The translations under genes were made by a program, and so were the position numbers. The notes below the pieces were generated by a model. It did no database searches. It was not told where the DNA came from and saw nothing but the letters and a program-made list of their open reading frames with translations. 64,000 nucleotides of DNA from Candidatus Eiseniibacteriota bacterium (GTDB taxonomy: Bacteria; Eisenbacteria; RBG-16-71-46). The stretch lies in NCBI GenBank assembly GCA_963707915.1, contig OY970178.1, positions 224,001 to 288,000 of the forward strand, given 5' to 3'. Below are positions 1-12,115 of the stretch, piece after piece. How positions within the stretch are numbered: position 1 is the first letter of the stretch; every line of letters begins with the position of its first letter.

Positions 1-972
1 CTCGGTGACGATCCCGGCGATCAGGGCGTGCGGCGTGACGTCGAAGGCCGGGTTGAGCGCCCGCGCGCCCGCCGGGGCCACGCGCACCCGGTTCAGCCGG
101 CCCGACGCGTCGACGCCCTCCACCGTGAGCACCTCGTCCTCGGCGCGCTCCTCGATGACGATCTCCGCTCCGGTGGGCGTGGCCCGGTCGATGGTGGTGC
201 GCGGGGCCGCAACGTGGAACGGCACGGAGTGCGCCCGCGCCGCCAGCGCCTTGCCGTAGGTGCCGATCTTGTTCGCGGTGTCGCCGTTGGCGGCGATGCG
301 GTCCGCGCCGGTGAGCACCAGGTCCACGAGCCCGCGCTGGATCAGGTGGGCGCAGGCGCCGTCCGCCAACACGACGTGGGCCACGCCCTCCTGCGCCAGC
401 TCCCAGGCGGTGAGGCGGGCACCCTGCAGCCGCGGCCGCGTCTCGCTCACGTAGACGAAGGGCTCGAGCCCGGCGCGCGCCGCCCGGTAGACGGGCGCCA
501 GCGCGGTGCCCCAGTCCTGCACGGCGAGCCAGCCGGCGTTGCAGTGCGTGAGCACGCGGGTGCCCGGGCGGAAGAGCGCGAGCCCGTGCTCGCCGATGGC
601 TGCACCCGCGGCGACCTCGGCCTCGTCGTAGGCGTGCGCGGCGACGAGCATGGCGTCGGCCGCGGGCCCGGCGCGGGCGACGCTCTCGAGCCCGGCGCGC
701 AGGTTCACCGCGGTGGGCCGGGTGCCGAGCAGGCGGTCCCGGGCCGGCCCGAGCGGTTCGCCGTGCCTCGCCGCGAGCGCCAGGCCGTAGGCCGCCAGCA
801 CGCCGATCGCGGGCGCGCCCCGCACCGCCATCTCCTCGATCACGCGGGCCACCTCCGCGGTGTCGCGCGCCAGGCCGAACTCGAGCGCGTGGGGGAGGAG
901 GCGCTGGTCCACGAAGCGCACGCCCTCGTCGGTCCACCACACGGCGCGCAGGTCCCGCCCGCCGACCCTCAT
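1..972 (-). CDS. mtnA: S-methyl-5-thioribose-1-phosphate isomerase (3' end runs off the window)
   Basis: Manual minus-strand translation from ATG at 972: MRVGGRDLRAVWW...VDQRLLP...MAVRGAPAIG...RPTAVNL...LTHCNAGWLA...ETRPRLQGARLTAWEL...GADRIAANGDTANKIGTY. ATGA overlap with the upstream gene. Confidence 0.92.
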   Translation of the reverse strand, partial: MRVGGRDLRAVWWTDEGVRFVDQRLLPHALEFGLARDTAEVARVIEEMAVRGAPAIGVLAAYGLALAARHGEPLGPARDRLLGTRPTAVNLRAGLESVARAGPAADAMLVAAHAYDEAEVAAGAAIGEHGLALFRPGTRVLTHCNAGWLAVQDWGTALAPVYRAARAGLEPFVYVSETRPRLQGARLTAWELAQEGVAHVVLADGACAHLIQRGLVDLVLTGADRIAANGDTANKIGTYGKALAARAHSVPFHVAAPRTTIDRATPTGAEIVIEERAEDEVLTVEGVDASGRLNRVRVAPAGARALNPAFDVTPHALIAGIVTE

Positions 973-1646
973 CGCGGCCCGGCCTGGAGCTCGAGCGCGC
1001 GGCCGAGGTGACGCACGAGGATCGCGCCGGCCTCGCCGACGCTGGGGCCGAACGTGAGCACGCCGTCCTCGTGGCCGCCCATGACGAGGATCCCCAACGC
1101 GGCGAGCGGTCCGTCGCGGTGGAGCCGCTGCACCTCGGCGGCCATCTCGGGCGTGCCGTTCTGCGCGCCGTCGCGGGTCGCAGGCAGGCCGAGGGCCCGC
1201 GCCCCCCGCCAGACCTCGGGGGCGTGGGCGTGGAGCACCGCCCGCGCCGCCGGGGCGATGTCGTAGAGGGCGCCGTGGGTGAGCGATTCGGACGAGGGCG
1301 CCACCGGCCCCGCGCTGCGCACGCGGTTGCGCGCGGGGTCGTATTCCTCCACCACGCAGAAGTCGGCGAGCGTGAGCTGGCGCCGTCCGCCGGTCTGCGT
1401 GCCGGTGACGAGGAAGCGCCGCCGTCCGCGCGGCGCACCGCCGAAGGGGCCGAGGCGCGCGCTCACGTTGCCGTAGCCGAGGCCGCCGTAGCGCGCCGGG
1501 TCCTGGCCGAGCATCCCGAGCCGGGCGAGGATCTCGCGCCACGCGGCCAGCGCGCGCACCGCCTCCGCGTGCACGCGCTCCTCGAGCGGGCGCGTCTCGT
1601 GAACGGCCTCGAAGCGGATGACGCCTTCTGTGCGCGGATCGGCCAT
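969..1646 (-). CDS. Class II aldolase/adducin family protein (MtnB-like)
   Basis: GYGNVSAR, FLVTGTQTG, PSSESLTHGALY, VLHAH and MGGHEDG motifs; coupled to mtnA. Start at ATG 1646 or GTG 1655. Confidence 0.85.
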   Translation of the reverse strand: MADPRTEGVIRFEAVHETRPLEERVHAEAVRALAAWREILARLGMLGQDPARYGGLGYGNVSARLGPFGGAPRGRRRFLVTGTQTGGRRQLTLADFCVVEEYDPARNRVRSAGPVAPSSESLTHGALYDIAPAARAVLHAHAPEVWRGARALGLPATRDGAQNGTPEMAAEVQRLHRDGPLAALGILVMGGHEDGVLTFGPSVGEAGAILVRHLGRALELQAGPR

Positions 1647-1715
1647 CACCGGCACGTTAGCATCGGGTCCCGCCGGCGGCCAGCCGGTGGCCGCCTCGAC
1701 GCCGGGGTCCCGGCG

Positions 1716-2327
1716 CTACTCGGGGTCCCGGCCCGCGTCCGCGGCGTCCGCGACCGCGGGAGGCTGCTGCTGGCACTCGGCACAGAGCTCGTCGGCGAGC
1801 AGGAAGTCGGGATGCTTGCGCAGGAAGACCTGCGCCTGGGCGAGCGGGTCGGAAGGCTCGCGGTGGGTCCCGCAGCCCGGGCACAGCGGCAACATCGCGC
1901 GCAGCTCGACGAGCTGGGTGGCGTCCTCCAGCGCGACCAGCACGAGGTCGCGGCCGCCGAGGCTGACCGGCGAGGCGCTGACCTGGAACCAGCAGTCCTC
2001 GGGCTGTCCGTTCGCCTGCACGAGCATGTGTGCCAGGCGGCGCGGCGCCGGCCTCCCCGCCGCCGCCGCCTCGATCGAGCGCCGCACCAGGCAGGACGGG
2101 CAGAAGTCGGTGGCGCCGCATTCGCCGCGGGAGTCGCGCGGGAAGATGCAGTGGACCGTGCTTCCGAGCGGCTTGCCCAGCCTGGCTTCGCCCCGGTCCC
2201 CCAGCCACAGCCGGGCCGCCCGGTTCGCCTCCAGGATCGTCGCGGCGGAGTCCACGATGAATGCCATCGAGGGGATCGCATCGAGCAGCGCGAGCTGGCT
2301 GGAGCCTTCGGGCAGCAGGGGTTCCAT
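1716..2327 (-). CDS. PAS-domain protein with C-terminal Cys-rich (LPLCPGC...LCAEC) module
   Basis: LLDAIPSMAFIVD...ILEANRAA PAS start, internal CGATDFCPSC, C-terminal CxxC...CxxC; probable start MEPLL at 2327. Confidence 0.7.
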   Translation of the reverse strand: MEPLLPEGSSQLALLDAIPSMAFIVDSAATILEANRAARLWLGDRGEARLGKPLGSTVHCIFPRDSRGECGATDFCPSCLVRRSIEAAAAGRPAPRRLAHMLVQANGQPEDCWFQVSASPVSLGGRDLVLVALEDATQLVELRAMLPLCPGCGTHREPSDPLAQAQVFLRKHPDFLLADELCAECQQQPPAVADAADAGRDPE

Positions 2328-2475
2328 GGAGGTGACCTCGGAGCGCGCAGCATCAGGGCGGCGTTGCGGGAACCAGGCTCGGTTGTCGGACTCCCCCGGG
2401 AACGGGCGCTCGAGCTCCGAGATTGACGCAAGCCTGCCACAGGCGCGGACCGCAGGCAAACCGCGCGACCGGCCG

Positions 2476-3754
2476 GGTGATGTACCAGTGTTTGTGTCAG
2501 GGACAAGGAAGGGGGTACTCCAACAGAGGCAGGGCCAACCACCTCAAGGAGGTACCCCCATGCAGCAGGTCGCTGCGGTGCGCAGTGTGAAGCAGGCGGT
2601 GCGGATGCTCAAGTCGATGGCGGTGCAGGCGCCGGAGTGGAACGAGCTGAGGCAGGCGAGCCAGGCCGCGGTCCGGCGGGTGATCGAGGAGCGGATGCAC
2701 GGCCTGGTGGGCAACCGGATCGCCGAACTGGCCGCGGCCGGGGTCGCTGACCGCCGCAATGGCAGCTACCGCCGCTGGCTGTGGCATGAGGTCGGCGTCC
2801 TGGAGTTGCAGGTGCCACGCTCCCGGACCTACAGCGCGGTCGCCGTGCTGGGCCGCTATGCCCGGCGGGTGCCCCAACTCGAGCGGGTGATCCTGGCCGG
2901 CTTCGTCCTCGGGCTTTCGACCCGCAAGGTGGGCGAGGCGCTGCTGCCCCTGCTGGGCGAGCGGGTCAGCCCGGCGACGGTGAGCCGGGTGGCGCGGGGC
3001 CTGGATGAGGCGGCCGCCGCGTTCCATCGTCGCCCGCTCGCCAACCGTTACCGGGCCGTGCTGCTCGATGGCGTGGTGCTGGCCCGCAAGAGCGGCGCCG
3101 GGGCGTTGCGCCGGCCCGTGCTGGTGGCGCTCGGGATCACGCTCGCCGGGAAGAAGGAGATCCTCGACTTCCGCCTCGCCCCGGCCGAGAGCCAGCCGGC
3201 CTGGGAGGCGTTCCTCAACGATCTCTATGCCCGCGGGCTCACCGGCGAGGGCCTCACCCTGATCGCCACCGATGGCGGTGCCGGTCTGCTCGCCGCGCTG
3301 CCGCTGGTCTACCCGCGGGTCCGGGTCGGCCGCTGCTGGGCCCACAAGACCCGCAACATCCTCGACAAGGTGCGAGACACCGACCGCGAGCGGGTCAAGC
3401 GCGACCTGCACCGCATCAGCCACGCAGTCAACCGCACCACTGCACGAGCGGCCGCCCGGCACCTGGTCGACCGCTGGCACACCCGCTACCCGGCCGCGGT
3501 CCGCTGCCTGCAGCAGGACCTCGAGGACCTGCTGGCGTTCTTCGCCTTCGACGATTCCGCCTGGCGCCAGGCCACCCGCACCACCAACGCCATCGAACGC
3601 CGCTTCCGCGAGGTCCGCAGAAGAACGCGCCCCATGGGGGTCTTCAGTGACCGCACCTCCATGGAGCGCATCCTGTTCGCCGTCTTCACCTACGAAAACC
3701 ACAAGGCCGGAACCTCAGCCCCCTTCCTCCTGACACATGACTCTTGACGCTACC
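2476..3754 (+). mobile_element. IS256-family insertion sequence, 1279 bp
   Basis: Imperfect 26-bp terminal inverted repeats (GGTGATGTACCAGTGTTTGTGTCAGG at left; reverse complement of right end GGTAGCGTCAAGAGTCATGTGTCAGG); 8-bp direct repeat ACCGGCCG at 2468-2475 and 3755-3762. Confidence 0.9.
2560..3747 (+). CDS. IS256-family (Mutator-type) DDE transposase
   Basis: RNGSYRR, GLSTRKV, LLDGV, ATDG, RCWAHK and RTTNAIERRFREVRRR motifs; AAGGAGG RBS before ATG 2560. Confidence 0.93.
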   Translation: MQQVAAVRSVKQAVRMLKSMAVQAPEWNELRQASQAAVRRVIEERMHGLVGNRIAELAAAGVADRRNGSYRRWLWHEVGVLELQVPRSRTYSAVAVLGRYARRVPQLERVILAGFVLGLSTRKVGEALLPLLGERVSPATVSRVARGLDEAAAAFHRRPLANRYRAVLLDGVVLARKSGAGALRRPVLVALGITLAGKKEILDFRLAPAESQPAWEAFLNDLYARGLTGEGLTLIATDGGAGLLAALPLVYPRVRVGRCWAHKTRNILDKVRDTDRERVKRDLHRISHAVNRTTARAAARHLVDRWHTRYPAAVRCLQQDLEDLLAFFAFDDSAWRQATRTTNAIERRFREVRRRTRPMGVFSDRTSMERILFAVFTYENHKAGTSAPFLLTHDS

Positions 3755-3975
3755 ACCGGCCGCGCGAGCTGCCACCGCGCGACCCGCGCCCGGGTCCGGG
3801 TCTTTGACGCGCGGCCCGCGGTGGCGGACCATGCGAACGTGGGAGCCCGCCCGACCGCGCGACCGGTCCGCTGGACGGTGGCATGGGAGCGGGGAGCGCC
3901 CGTCCAGACTCGCGTCCTGTCCCATCCCGGCCCTCCGGCCATCGCCGGTCCGGCCGCGCCCCCGGGGGAGAACTC

Positions 3976-6078
3976 ATGAGCCTCATCGCCGTGTGCCGGC
4001 GCGGATCCAGCGCCCTCGTCTGCTCCGCGACCCTCCTCGCTCTCCTGGTCTCCGTCGTGCAGGTGCCCGCCGTCCGCGCCGACGAGGGCATGTGGACGTT
4101 CGACCACCTGCCGCTGAAGCCGCTGCAGGAGCGCTACGGTTTCGCCGCGACGCCCGAGTGGATCGAGCACGTGCAGAAGGCCTCGATCAACTTCGGCGGC
4201 GGTTCGGGGGCCTTCGTCTCGCCGGATGGCCTGGCGCTCACCAACCACCACGTGGCGCTCGGCCAGCTGGCGAAGCTCTCCTCGCCCGAGCACGACTACG
4301 TCCGCGACGGCTTCTTCGCCCGCACCCGCGCCGAGGAACTGTCCTGTCCCGACCTCGAGCTCAAGGTGCTCATGAGCAGCGAGGACGTGACCGCGGCCGT
4401 CCTGGGCGCGGTGGACTCGTCGTCGGCCGACGCGGCGCAGAGCAGCCAGCGCAAGGCGGCCATGGCCCGCATCGAGCAGGGTGCGAGCCGCGACGGCCTC
4501 AAGGGCGAGGTGGTCGAGCTCTACCGCGGCGGCGAGTACTGGCTCTACCGCTACAAGACCTACAAGGACGTGCGGCTGGTGTGCGCGCCCGAGGAGCAGG
4601 CCGCGTCCTTCGGCGGCGACCCGGACAACTTCAGCTTCCCGCGGCACGACCTGGACTTCGCCTTCTTCCGCGTCTACGAGGACGGCCAGCCGGTCCACCC
4701 GAAGCACTGGTTCCGCTGGAGCAAGGAGGGCGCGCGCGAGGGCGAGCTCGCCTTCGTGTCGGGCAACCCGGGCTCGACCCGGCGCCTCTACACCGTGGCC
4801 CAGCTCGAGCACGAGCGCGGCCTGGACCTGCCGCTGCGCATCCGCCTCAACGAGCAGCGGCTCGCGGCCTACAACGCCTACGAGGCGCGCGGGCCCGAGC
4901 AGGCGCGCCAGGCGCGCGACCGCATCCGGGGACTCGAGAACAACCTCAAGCGCCAGCACGGCTTCCTCGAGGCGCTCTCCGACCCGGAGGTGATGAAGGC
5001 GCGGCGCGTCGCCGAGGAGAACCTGCGCCAGCGCATCGCCACCAACCAGGTGGCCTCGGGGATCGCCATCCTCACCTGGGAACGCATCGCGGACGCGATG
5101 AAGGAGCTGGGCCGGCGGCACAAGGAGTACGTGGTGCGCGAGTTCGGACGCTCCAGCCGCCTGCTGGACATCGCCAACGGCATCGTGCGCTACACCGCCG
5201 AGGTGGCGAAGCCCAACGAGCAGCGCTTCCGGGAGTACCGTGACGCCCGGCTCGACTCCGAGCGCTTCCGGCTCTTCTCGCGCGCGCCGGTCTATCCCGA
5301 GATGGAGGAGATGGCGCTCGGCGTGCTCCTCCAACAGTGCGTCGACGAGCTGGGAGCGGCCGATCCGTTCGTCCAGCTGGCGCTGGGCGGCCGCACCCCG
5401 CAGGAGGTCGCGCGGACGCTGGTCGCGGGCACGAAGCTGGCCGATCCCGCGGTGCGCAAGACCCTGGTCGACGGCGGCGCGAAGGCCGTGGCCGCGTCGA
5501 AGGACCCGCTCATCGTCTGGGCGCGCAAGCTCGACGCGCCCTACCGCGAGATGCGCACCTGGTACGAGGACCGGGTGCAGAGCGTCGAGACCCTGGACGG
5601 CGGCCGGATCGCGCGGGCGCGGTTCGTCCTCGACGGCCGGGCGACGCCCCCGGACGCCACCGGCTCGCTGCGGCTGTCCTACGGGAAGGTCGCCGGCTAC
5701 CCGCAGTTGACCACGCTCGTGCCCTGGGCCACCACGTTCCACGGCCTGTTCGACCGGTCCGCCGGCTTCGGCGGCAAGCCGCCGTTCGACCTGCCCGCGC
5801 GCATCGCCGCGCACGAGAAGGACCTCGACCTGAACACCCCGCTGAACTTCGTCAGCACCGACGACATCATCGGCGGGAATTCGGGCAGCGCGGTGCTGAA
5901 CCGCGAGGGCGAATACATCGGGCTGGTCTTCGACGGCAACGTGCAGTCCTACGCCTGGGACTACTACTACACCGACGAGCAGGCGCGCTGCGTCTCGGTG
6001 CACTCGCGCGCGCTGACCGAGGCGCTGCGCCGGATCTACGACATGGGCGCGCTGGCCGACGAGGTGGAGGGGAAGTAG
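3976..6078 (+). CDS. S46 family dipeptidyl peptidase (DPP7-like), secreted
   Basis: Signal peptide then ADEGMW, GSGAFVSPDGLALTNHHV, FGGDPDNF.FPRH, DIIGGNSGS and FDGN (Gly as in DPP7, not Arg as in DPP11). Confidence 0.92.
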   Translation: MSLIAVCRRGSSALVCSATLLALLVSVVQVPAVRADEGMWTFDHLPLKPLQERYGFAATPEWIEHVQKASINFGGGSGAFVSPDGLALTNHHVALGQLAKLSSPEHDYVRDGFFARTRAEELSCPDLELKVLMSSEDVTAAVLGAVDSSSADAAQSSQRKAAMARIEQGASRDGLKGEVVELYRGGEYWLYRYKTYKDVRLVCAPEEQAASFGGDPDNFSFPRHDLDFAFFRVYEDGQPVHPKHWFRWSKEGAREGELAFVSGNPGSTRRLYTVAQLEHERGLDLPLRIRLNEQRLAAYNAYEARGPEQARQARDRIRGLENNLKRQHGFLEALSDPEVMKARRVAEENLRQRIATNQVASGIAILTWERIADAMKELGRRHKEYVVREFGRSSRLLDIANGIVRYTAEVAKPNEQRFREYRDARLDSERFRLFSRAPVYPEMEEMALGVLLQQCVDELGAADPFVQLALGGRTPQEVARTLVAGTKLADPAVRKTLVDGGAKAVAASKDPLIVWARKLDAPYREMRTWYEDRVQSVETLDGGRIARARFVLDGRATPPDATGSLRLSYGKVAGYPQLTTLVPWATTFHGLFDRSAGFGGKPPFDLPARIAAHEKDLDLNTPLNFVSTDDIIGGNSGSAVLNREGEYIGLVFDGNVQSYAWDYYYTDEQARCVSVHSRALTEALRRIYDMGALADEVEGK

Positions 6079-6082
6079 CGGG

Positions 6083-8317
6083 TCAACGCCGGTCGCGTGG
6101 CCCCAGGGCGGCGCGCGCCGCCCGGGCGAGCGCGCGCAGCACGGGGTCCGCGGGGGGGCCCGATCGCAGGCCGCGCGCGAGCGCATCGCGCGCGGCCTTT
6201 GCGTCGCGCAGGGTCGAGTCGCGACTGGCGGCGAGCAGGCTCGCCAGTTCGAGCCACGCGGGCGCCTCGTCGGGCCTCAGCCGGGTGACCTGGCGCAGCG
6301 CCGCAGCGGCCTCGCGGTCCTGCCCGGCGGCCCGGAGCGAACGGGCGTAACCGAGCAGGCCCGGGACGTCCCACCGGGTGCCGCCGCTGGCGGCGAGGCA
6401 GATCGTCCACGCCTCCACGGCGTCGGCCGCCCGGCCCGCGACCGCCAGCCGGGGTGCGCGGAGGCGCTGCGCATCCACGCAGGCGAGCGCCTCGTCCTGC
6501 CCGCGGGGATTCTGCCCGGCCGCGCGGTCCAGCCAGCGGTCCGCCTCCGCGTCCTGGCCGCCGCGGACCGCGATCAGGCCGAGCAGCGCGGCGGTCTCGA
6601 CGCTCGTCCCCGGCAGCCGCGAGAGCCTCGCCGCGGCGGAGCGGGCGCGCTCGAGATCCCCGCGCTCCGCGAGCGAGCGCCCGTGCAGGTAGAGCGCGGC
6701 CCCCGACGTCGAATCGATCGTCAGGGCCGCCCCGGCCGCGCGCTCCGCCTCCGCCCAGCGTCCGGAGCGCGCCAGGGCTCGGGCGAGGCCCACGTGGGTC
6801 CACGGCTTGTGGGGCGCCGCCCCGACCGCCGCGGCGGCGAAGACCACCGAGGAATCGAGTCCGCCGTTCGCGGCCGCGATGTCCGAGAGCAGCAGGAACC
6901 GTTGCGGGTCCGGTCCGCCGAGCGCCAGCGCGCGGCGCACCGCGGTCTCGGCCGCCGCCACGCTGTCCGCCGCGAAGAGCAGGCGTCCGACCTGGTACCA
7001 GGCGCGGGGATTCGCGGGGGAGACCCGCGTGGCTTCGCGCCACAGCGCCAGGTCGGAGCGCCACACGCGGGCGCGCCCGTGCGTCGCCCAGCCGAGCGGC
7101 AGCGCGAGCGCGAGGGCCAGCGCCAGCAGCAGGCCGCGCGGCGCCACGCGCAGGCGGGGCGCCGCGCGCGCGGCGAGCCAGGCCAGGGCCCCGGCCGCCA
7201 GCGCTGCCGCCGCGGGCGTGGCCATGGTGAGGTAGCGCTCGGCCACGAACTCGCGGTTCGGGATGAGCGAGGTCGGGGCGAGGGCCGCGAGCCACCACGC
7301 ACCCCACAGGCCGGCCCACGGTGCGCGCCGCAGCGCACCGACCACGACCGCCACGAGGACCAGCACGCCCAGGGCGGCCAGCCACGCGGCCGGATCGGCG
7401 GGGCCGAGCAGCCCGAAGGTGCGGTCCACCGACAGCCCCGCGGGCCACAGGTAGAGGCGCAGGTAGAAGAGCAGCACCAGCGGCTGCGTCGCGTAGAAGC
7501 GCGCGGCGTCCACCACGCCGGCGCCGAAGACGCCCCCGTGGGGGTTCCGCAGCGTGGCGTAGGCCAGGACCAGGGGCAGCAGGGCGGCCCACACCGGCAG
7601 GTGGAAGCGCGCCAGCCGGTCGCGCAGCCCGCGCGCGTCGCCGCGTGCCGACCGGGCGACGTCGTAGAGCAGCACCAGGGCGGGGACCACGGCGCCGGTC
7701 TCCTTGCCGAGCGCCGCGAGCGCGGCCGCCAGCGCGGTGGCGAACGTGCGCCATCCCCGATGCCGCGCGTGCGACCAGCGCCCGATCGCGTCCACCGCCA
7801 GGAGCATCGCGGCGAGGGCGAACACGCTCGAGAGCAGTCCGGGCCGGCCCTGGATGTAGAGGACCGAGGTGCTGTGGGCCGGGTGAAGGGCGAGGATGAG
7901 CGCCGCCACGGCAGCCAGCAGGCCGTCGTCCCGGGCGGCGGCAGTCCCCGCGGCCGGGCGCAATCGCAGGAGCAGCAGGAAGAGCAGCAGCACGCTCGCC
8001 AGGTGGAGCCCGAGGTTGACGACGTGGTGCGCGCGCGGCTCCGGCCCGAGCGCGGCGATGTCGAGCGCGAAGCTCAGGTTGGTGAGCGGACGCGTCTCCT
8101 GCGTGCCGGCCCGGATCCAACCCGGGGGCCAGAGCTGCAGGAGCGCGGGGTTGTCACGGACGTAGCGCTCGTCGTCGAAGAGGAACGGCGAGTCGAGCGC
8201 GGGCGCATACGCGAGGACGGCACCGAGCATCGCGACGGCCAGGACGATCAAGGCGAGCGCGCCGGCCGGGGCCGGGGTCGGGAACGGCGGGGAGGCTGGA
8301 TCGGTCTTGCGGCGCAT
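6083..8317 (-). CDS. TMTC-like membrane protein (GT-C-type glycosyltransferase region plus TPR repeats)
   Basis: FLFDDERYVRDNP, RPL, HPAHSTSVLYIQGR, KET and ERYL in a multi-TM region; VWRSDLALW followed by TPR-like repeats. Confidence 0.8.
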   Translation of the reverse strand: MRRKTDPASPPFPTPAPAGALALIVLAVAMLGAVLAYAPALDSPFLFDDERYVRDNPALLQLWPPGWIRAGTQETRPLTNLSFALDIAALGPEPRAHHVVNLGLHLASVLLLFLLLLRLRPAAGTAAARDDGLLAAVAALILALHPAHSTSVLYIQGRPGLLSSVFALAAMLLAVDAIGRWSHARHRGWRTFATALAAALAALGKETGAVVPALVLLYDVARSARGDARGLRDRLARFHLPVWAALLPLVLAYATLRNPHGGVFGAGVVDAARFYATQPLVLLFYLRLYLWPAGLSVDRTFGLLGPADPAAWLAALGVLVLVAVVVGALRRAPWAGLWGAWWLAALAPTSLIPNREFVAERYLTMATPAAAALAAGALAWLAARAAPRLRVAPRGLLLALALALALPLGWATHGRARVWRSDLALWREATRVSPANPRAWYQVGRLLFAADSVAAAETAVRRALALGGPDPQRFLLLSDIAAANGGLDSSVVFAAAAVGAAPHKPWTHVGLARALARSGRWAEAERAAGAALTIDSTSGAALYLHGRSLAERGDLERARSAAARLSRLPGTSVETAALLGLIAVRGGQDAEADRWLDRAAGQNPRGQDEALACVDAQRLRAPRLAVAGRAADAVEAWTICLAASGGTRWDVPGLLGYARSLRAAGQDREAAAALRQVTRLRPDEAPAWLELASLLAASRDSTLRDAKAARDALARGLRSGPPADPVLRALARAARAALGPRDRR

Positions 8318-8499
8318 CGGCCCTCGTCCGGCGGTCGGATCACGGCACGGGTGTCACCCCGTGACCGCGGGCCGCGGGAGGACGCGGTCAGGATAGCGCG
8401 GTTGGCTACCGTGCTTCCATCGGCCCGGCATCATGCACAAGCGGCGCGACGGGGTCGGCCCCGTTGGAATCGCGTTCCCGCCCTGTGGCATAGTGCGTC

Positions 8500-9993
<1,494 letters not shown>

Positions 9994-12115
9994 GCGCACG
10001 CTTCGGCGCGCGGCGGCGGCCACCCCCGGGCTCCGGAGGTGGCCGCCGCGTCACCGGCGCGGCCTGGAGTCCCGCCGCTAGTCCAGCACCACCGCGCTCG
10101 CCGACGTCACGCGTCCGGCCTGGCTGAGGCGGATCACGTAACGGCCGGCCGGGACCCGGCGGCCCGCCGACAGGTCCACCGCGTGCCGCCCCGCGCCGAG
10201 CGAACCGACCTCGCGCCGGGCCATGCGACGCCCGCCGACGTCGAAGAGCTCGAGCTGCGCCGGCGCCGCGGAGGGCAGGACGAACTCCACCGACAGCCGG
10301 CCCCGTGGGCTCGGATTGGGCCGCGCGCCCCCGAGGGCGAACTCGAGCGCGCCGACCTCCACCCAGGCCTCGCCGAAGAACAGGTGCACGCCGGCGTCCA
10401 CGACGCCGAGGCAGTAGCCGTAGCGGCGGCCGGCCTGCACCGCCTCGTCCACGAACCGCAGGTAGCCCGAGCCGTCGGTGGAGACCGCCGCGATCGGGGC
10501 CCAGTCGGAGCCCTCGGTGCGCCGGTACACCGTGGCGTCGAGCGCCCCGCCCGCCGGCGCGAACCAGGTGAGCTCGGCACGGCCGGAGCGCGCGATCGCC
10601 GCGACCAGCGAGGCCAGCGTGGCGACCGGCGCGCCGGGCGAGACCACGGCGGTCCGGCTGCGATTCCCGTGCAAGTCCACTGCCACGAGCTTGTAGTGGA
10701 AGTCCCCGGTTCCGTCCACGAACGACGTGTCGCGCGTGGCGGCCACGAGGTTGCCGCTCCCGGGGACGAAATCGGCCGTGGCGCCGCGGTAGAGTCGGAA
10801 TTCGAGCAGGTCCTCGGCGGGACTGGGGCCCCAGTGGAGCGAGGTCGACGCGCCGAGGTAGGCGGCGACGAAGGGGACGGGCAGCGGGGGCGCGAGGTTG
10901 TCCACGGAGTAGCCGCTGTCCACGTTGGATTCGTAGAAGACCGTCGCGCTCGTGGTCAGCGCGGTGACGAAGAACGCCGTGAAGGGGTTGGAGCCCGGCA
11001 TCGAGTCCTGGGTGGTGGCGGCCGTGTACCCGTAGCCGGCGAGCTGTTCGGCGGGCAACGTGGCGATGGCCTCCCAGTACTCGATCGCCGCCGCGCCGGA
11101 GCCGGTGCGCCCCGGCATGGCGCGCACCGTCGCCTCGCCCGCGCTCCCGGCGCGTGCCCGGGCCTCCGCGGCGGCCTCCGGCGGCAGCCGGCGCCAGACC
11201 CGGTAGCCGCTGACCAGCGCGATCCCCGCGGTGTCGTAGGAGGAGCGCGTCCAGCGCAGGAACACGCGGCCGCCCTGGTCGTTGGGCACGTCGCGCACCG
11301 AGACGAGGTGCGGCAACCTCGGGTCCGGACCCGGCACCTGGCAGCTCGCGAGCAGGATGCTGATCTCGCCGGCATCGCTCCAGCCCGAGACCAGCAGGTC
11401 CTGGGCGCCGTCGCCATCGAGGTCTCCGGTCGCGAGGCCCAGCGGGAAGGGAGACACGGGATAGCTGGAGTGGACCGTGAACGTGCCGTTCCCGACCCCA
11501 CCGGCGCCTCCGCCCTTCAGGACCACGACGTTGTCGCCAGTGGCGTCGGTGAAGACGAGGTCGGCGATCGCGTCTCCGTCGAAGTCGGCGGCGACCACGC
11601 CGCCCACGTTGGCCAGGCCAGCGGCGTAGGCCGTGGGCGTGCCGAAGGTGCCGGCCGCGCCGCCCTTGAGGACGGTCACGCCCCCGTAGCTGGAATTCGA
11701 GACCGCCAGGTCCAGGTTGCCGTCCCCGTCGAGGTCGCACAGGGTGACGTCATAGGGCTGAGCGCCGGCAGCGTAGTGCTGCGCGGTCCCGAAGGTGCCG
11801 GTGCCCTGGCCGAACATCACCGCCACGCCGTTGAAGCTCTCGGTCGCGACCAGGTCGAGGTGGCCGTCGTGGTTCAGGTCCCCCGCCGCGATCCCCACCG
11901 AGATCCCGGCGAGCGGGTAGGTGACCGGGGTGGCGAAACTGCCGTTGCCGACGCCGCCACTGCCCAGGCCGATCAGCACCGAGAACGCCTTGACGGCGTT
12001 GTTCGCGACGGCGAGGTCGAGGATGCCGTCCTGGTTGAAGTCCCCGGCCACCACCTCGTAGGGGCCGGGGCCCGCGCCGGAGCTCACGGCGGCCGCGAAC
12101 GTGCCGTCGCCTAGG

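Noticed and set aside
2455..2475. GGCAAACC resembling the start of a c-di-GMP-I riboswitch
   Set aside because: No GNRA-capped stem or following GACGCAAAGC-like segment, even after removing the IS.
1618..2559. N-terminal extension making the IS256 transposase 709 aa
   Set aside because: It extends beyond the IS end at 2476 and is antisense to the PAS gene; the RBS supports ATG 2560.
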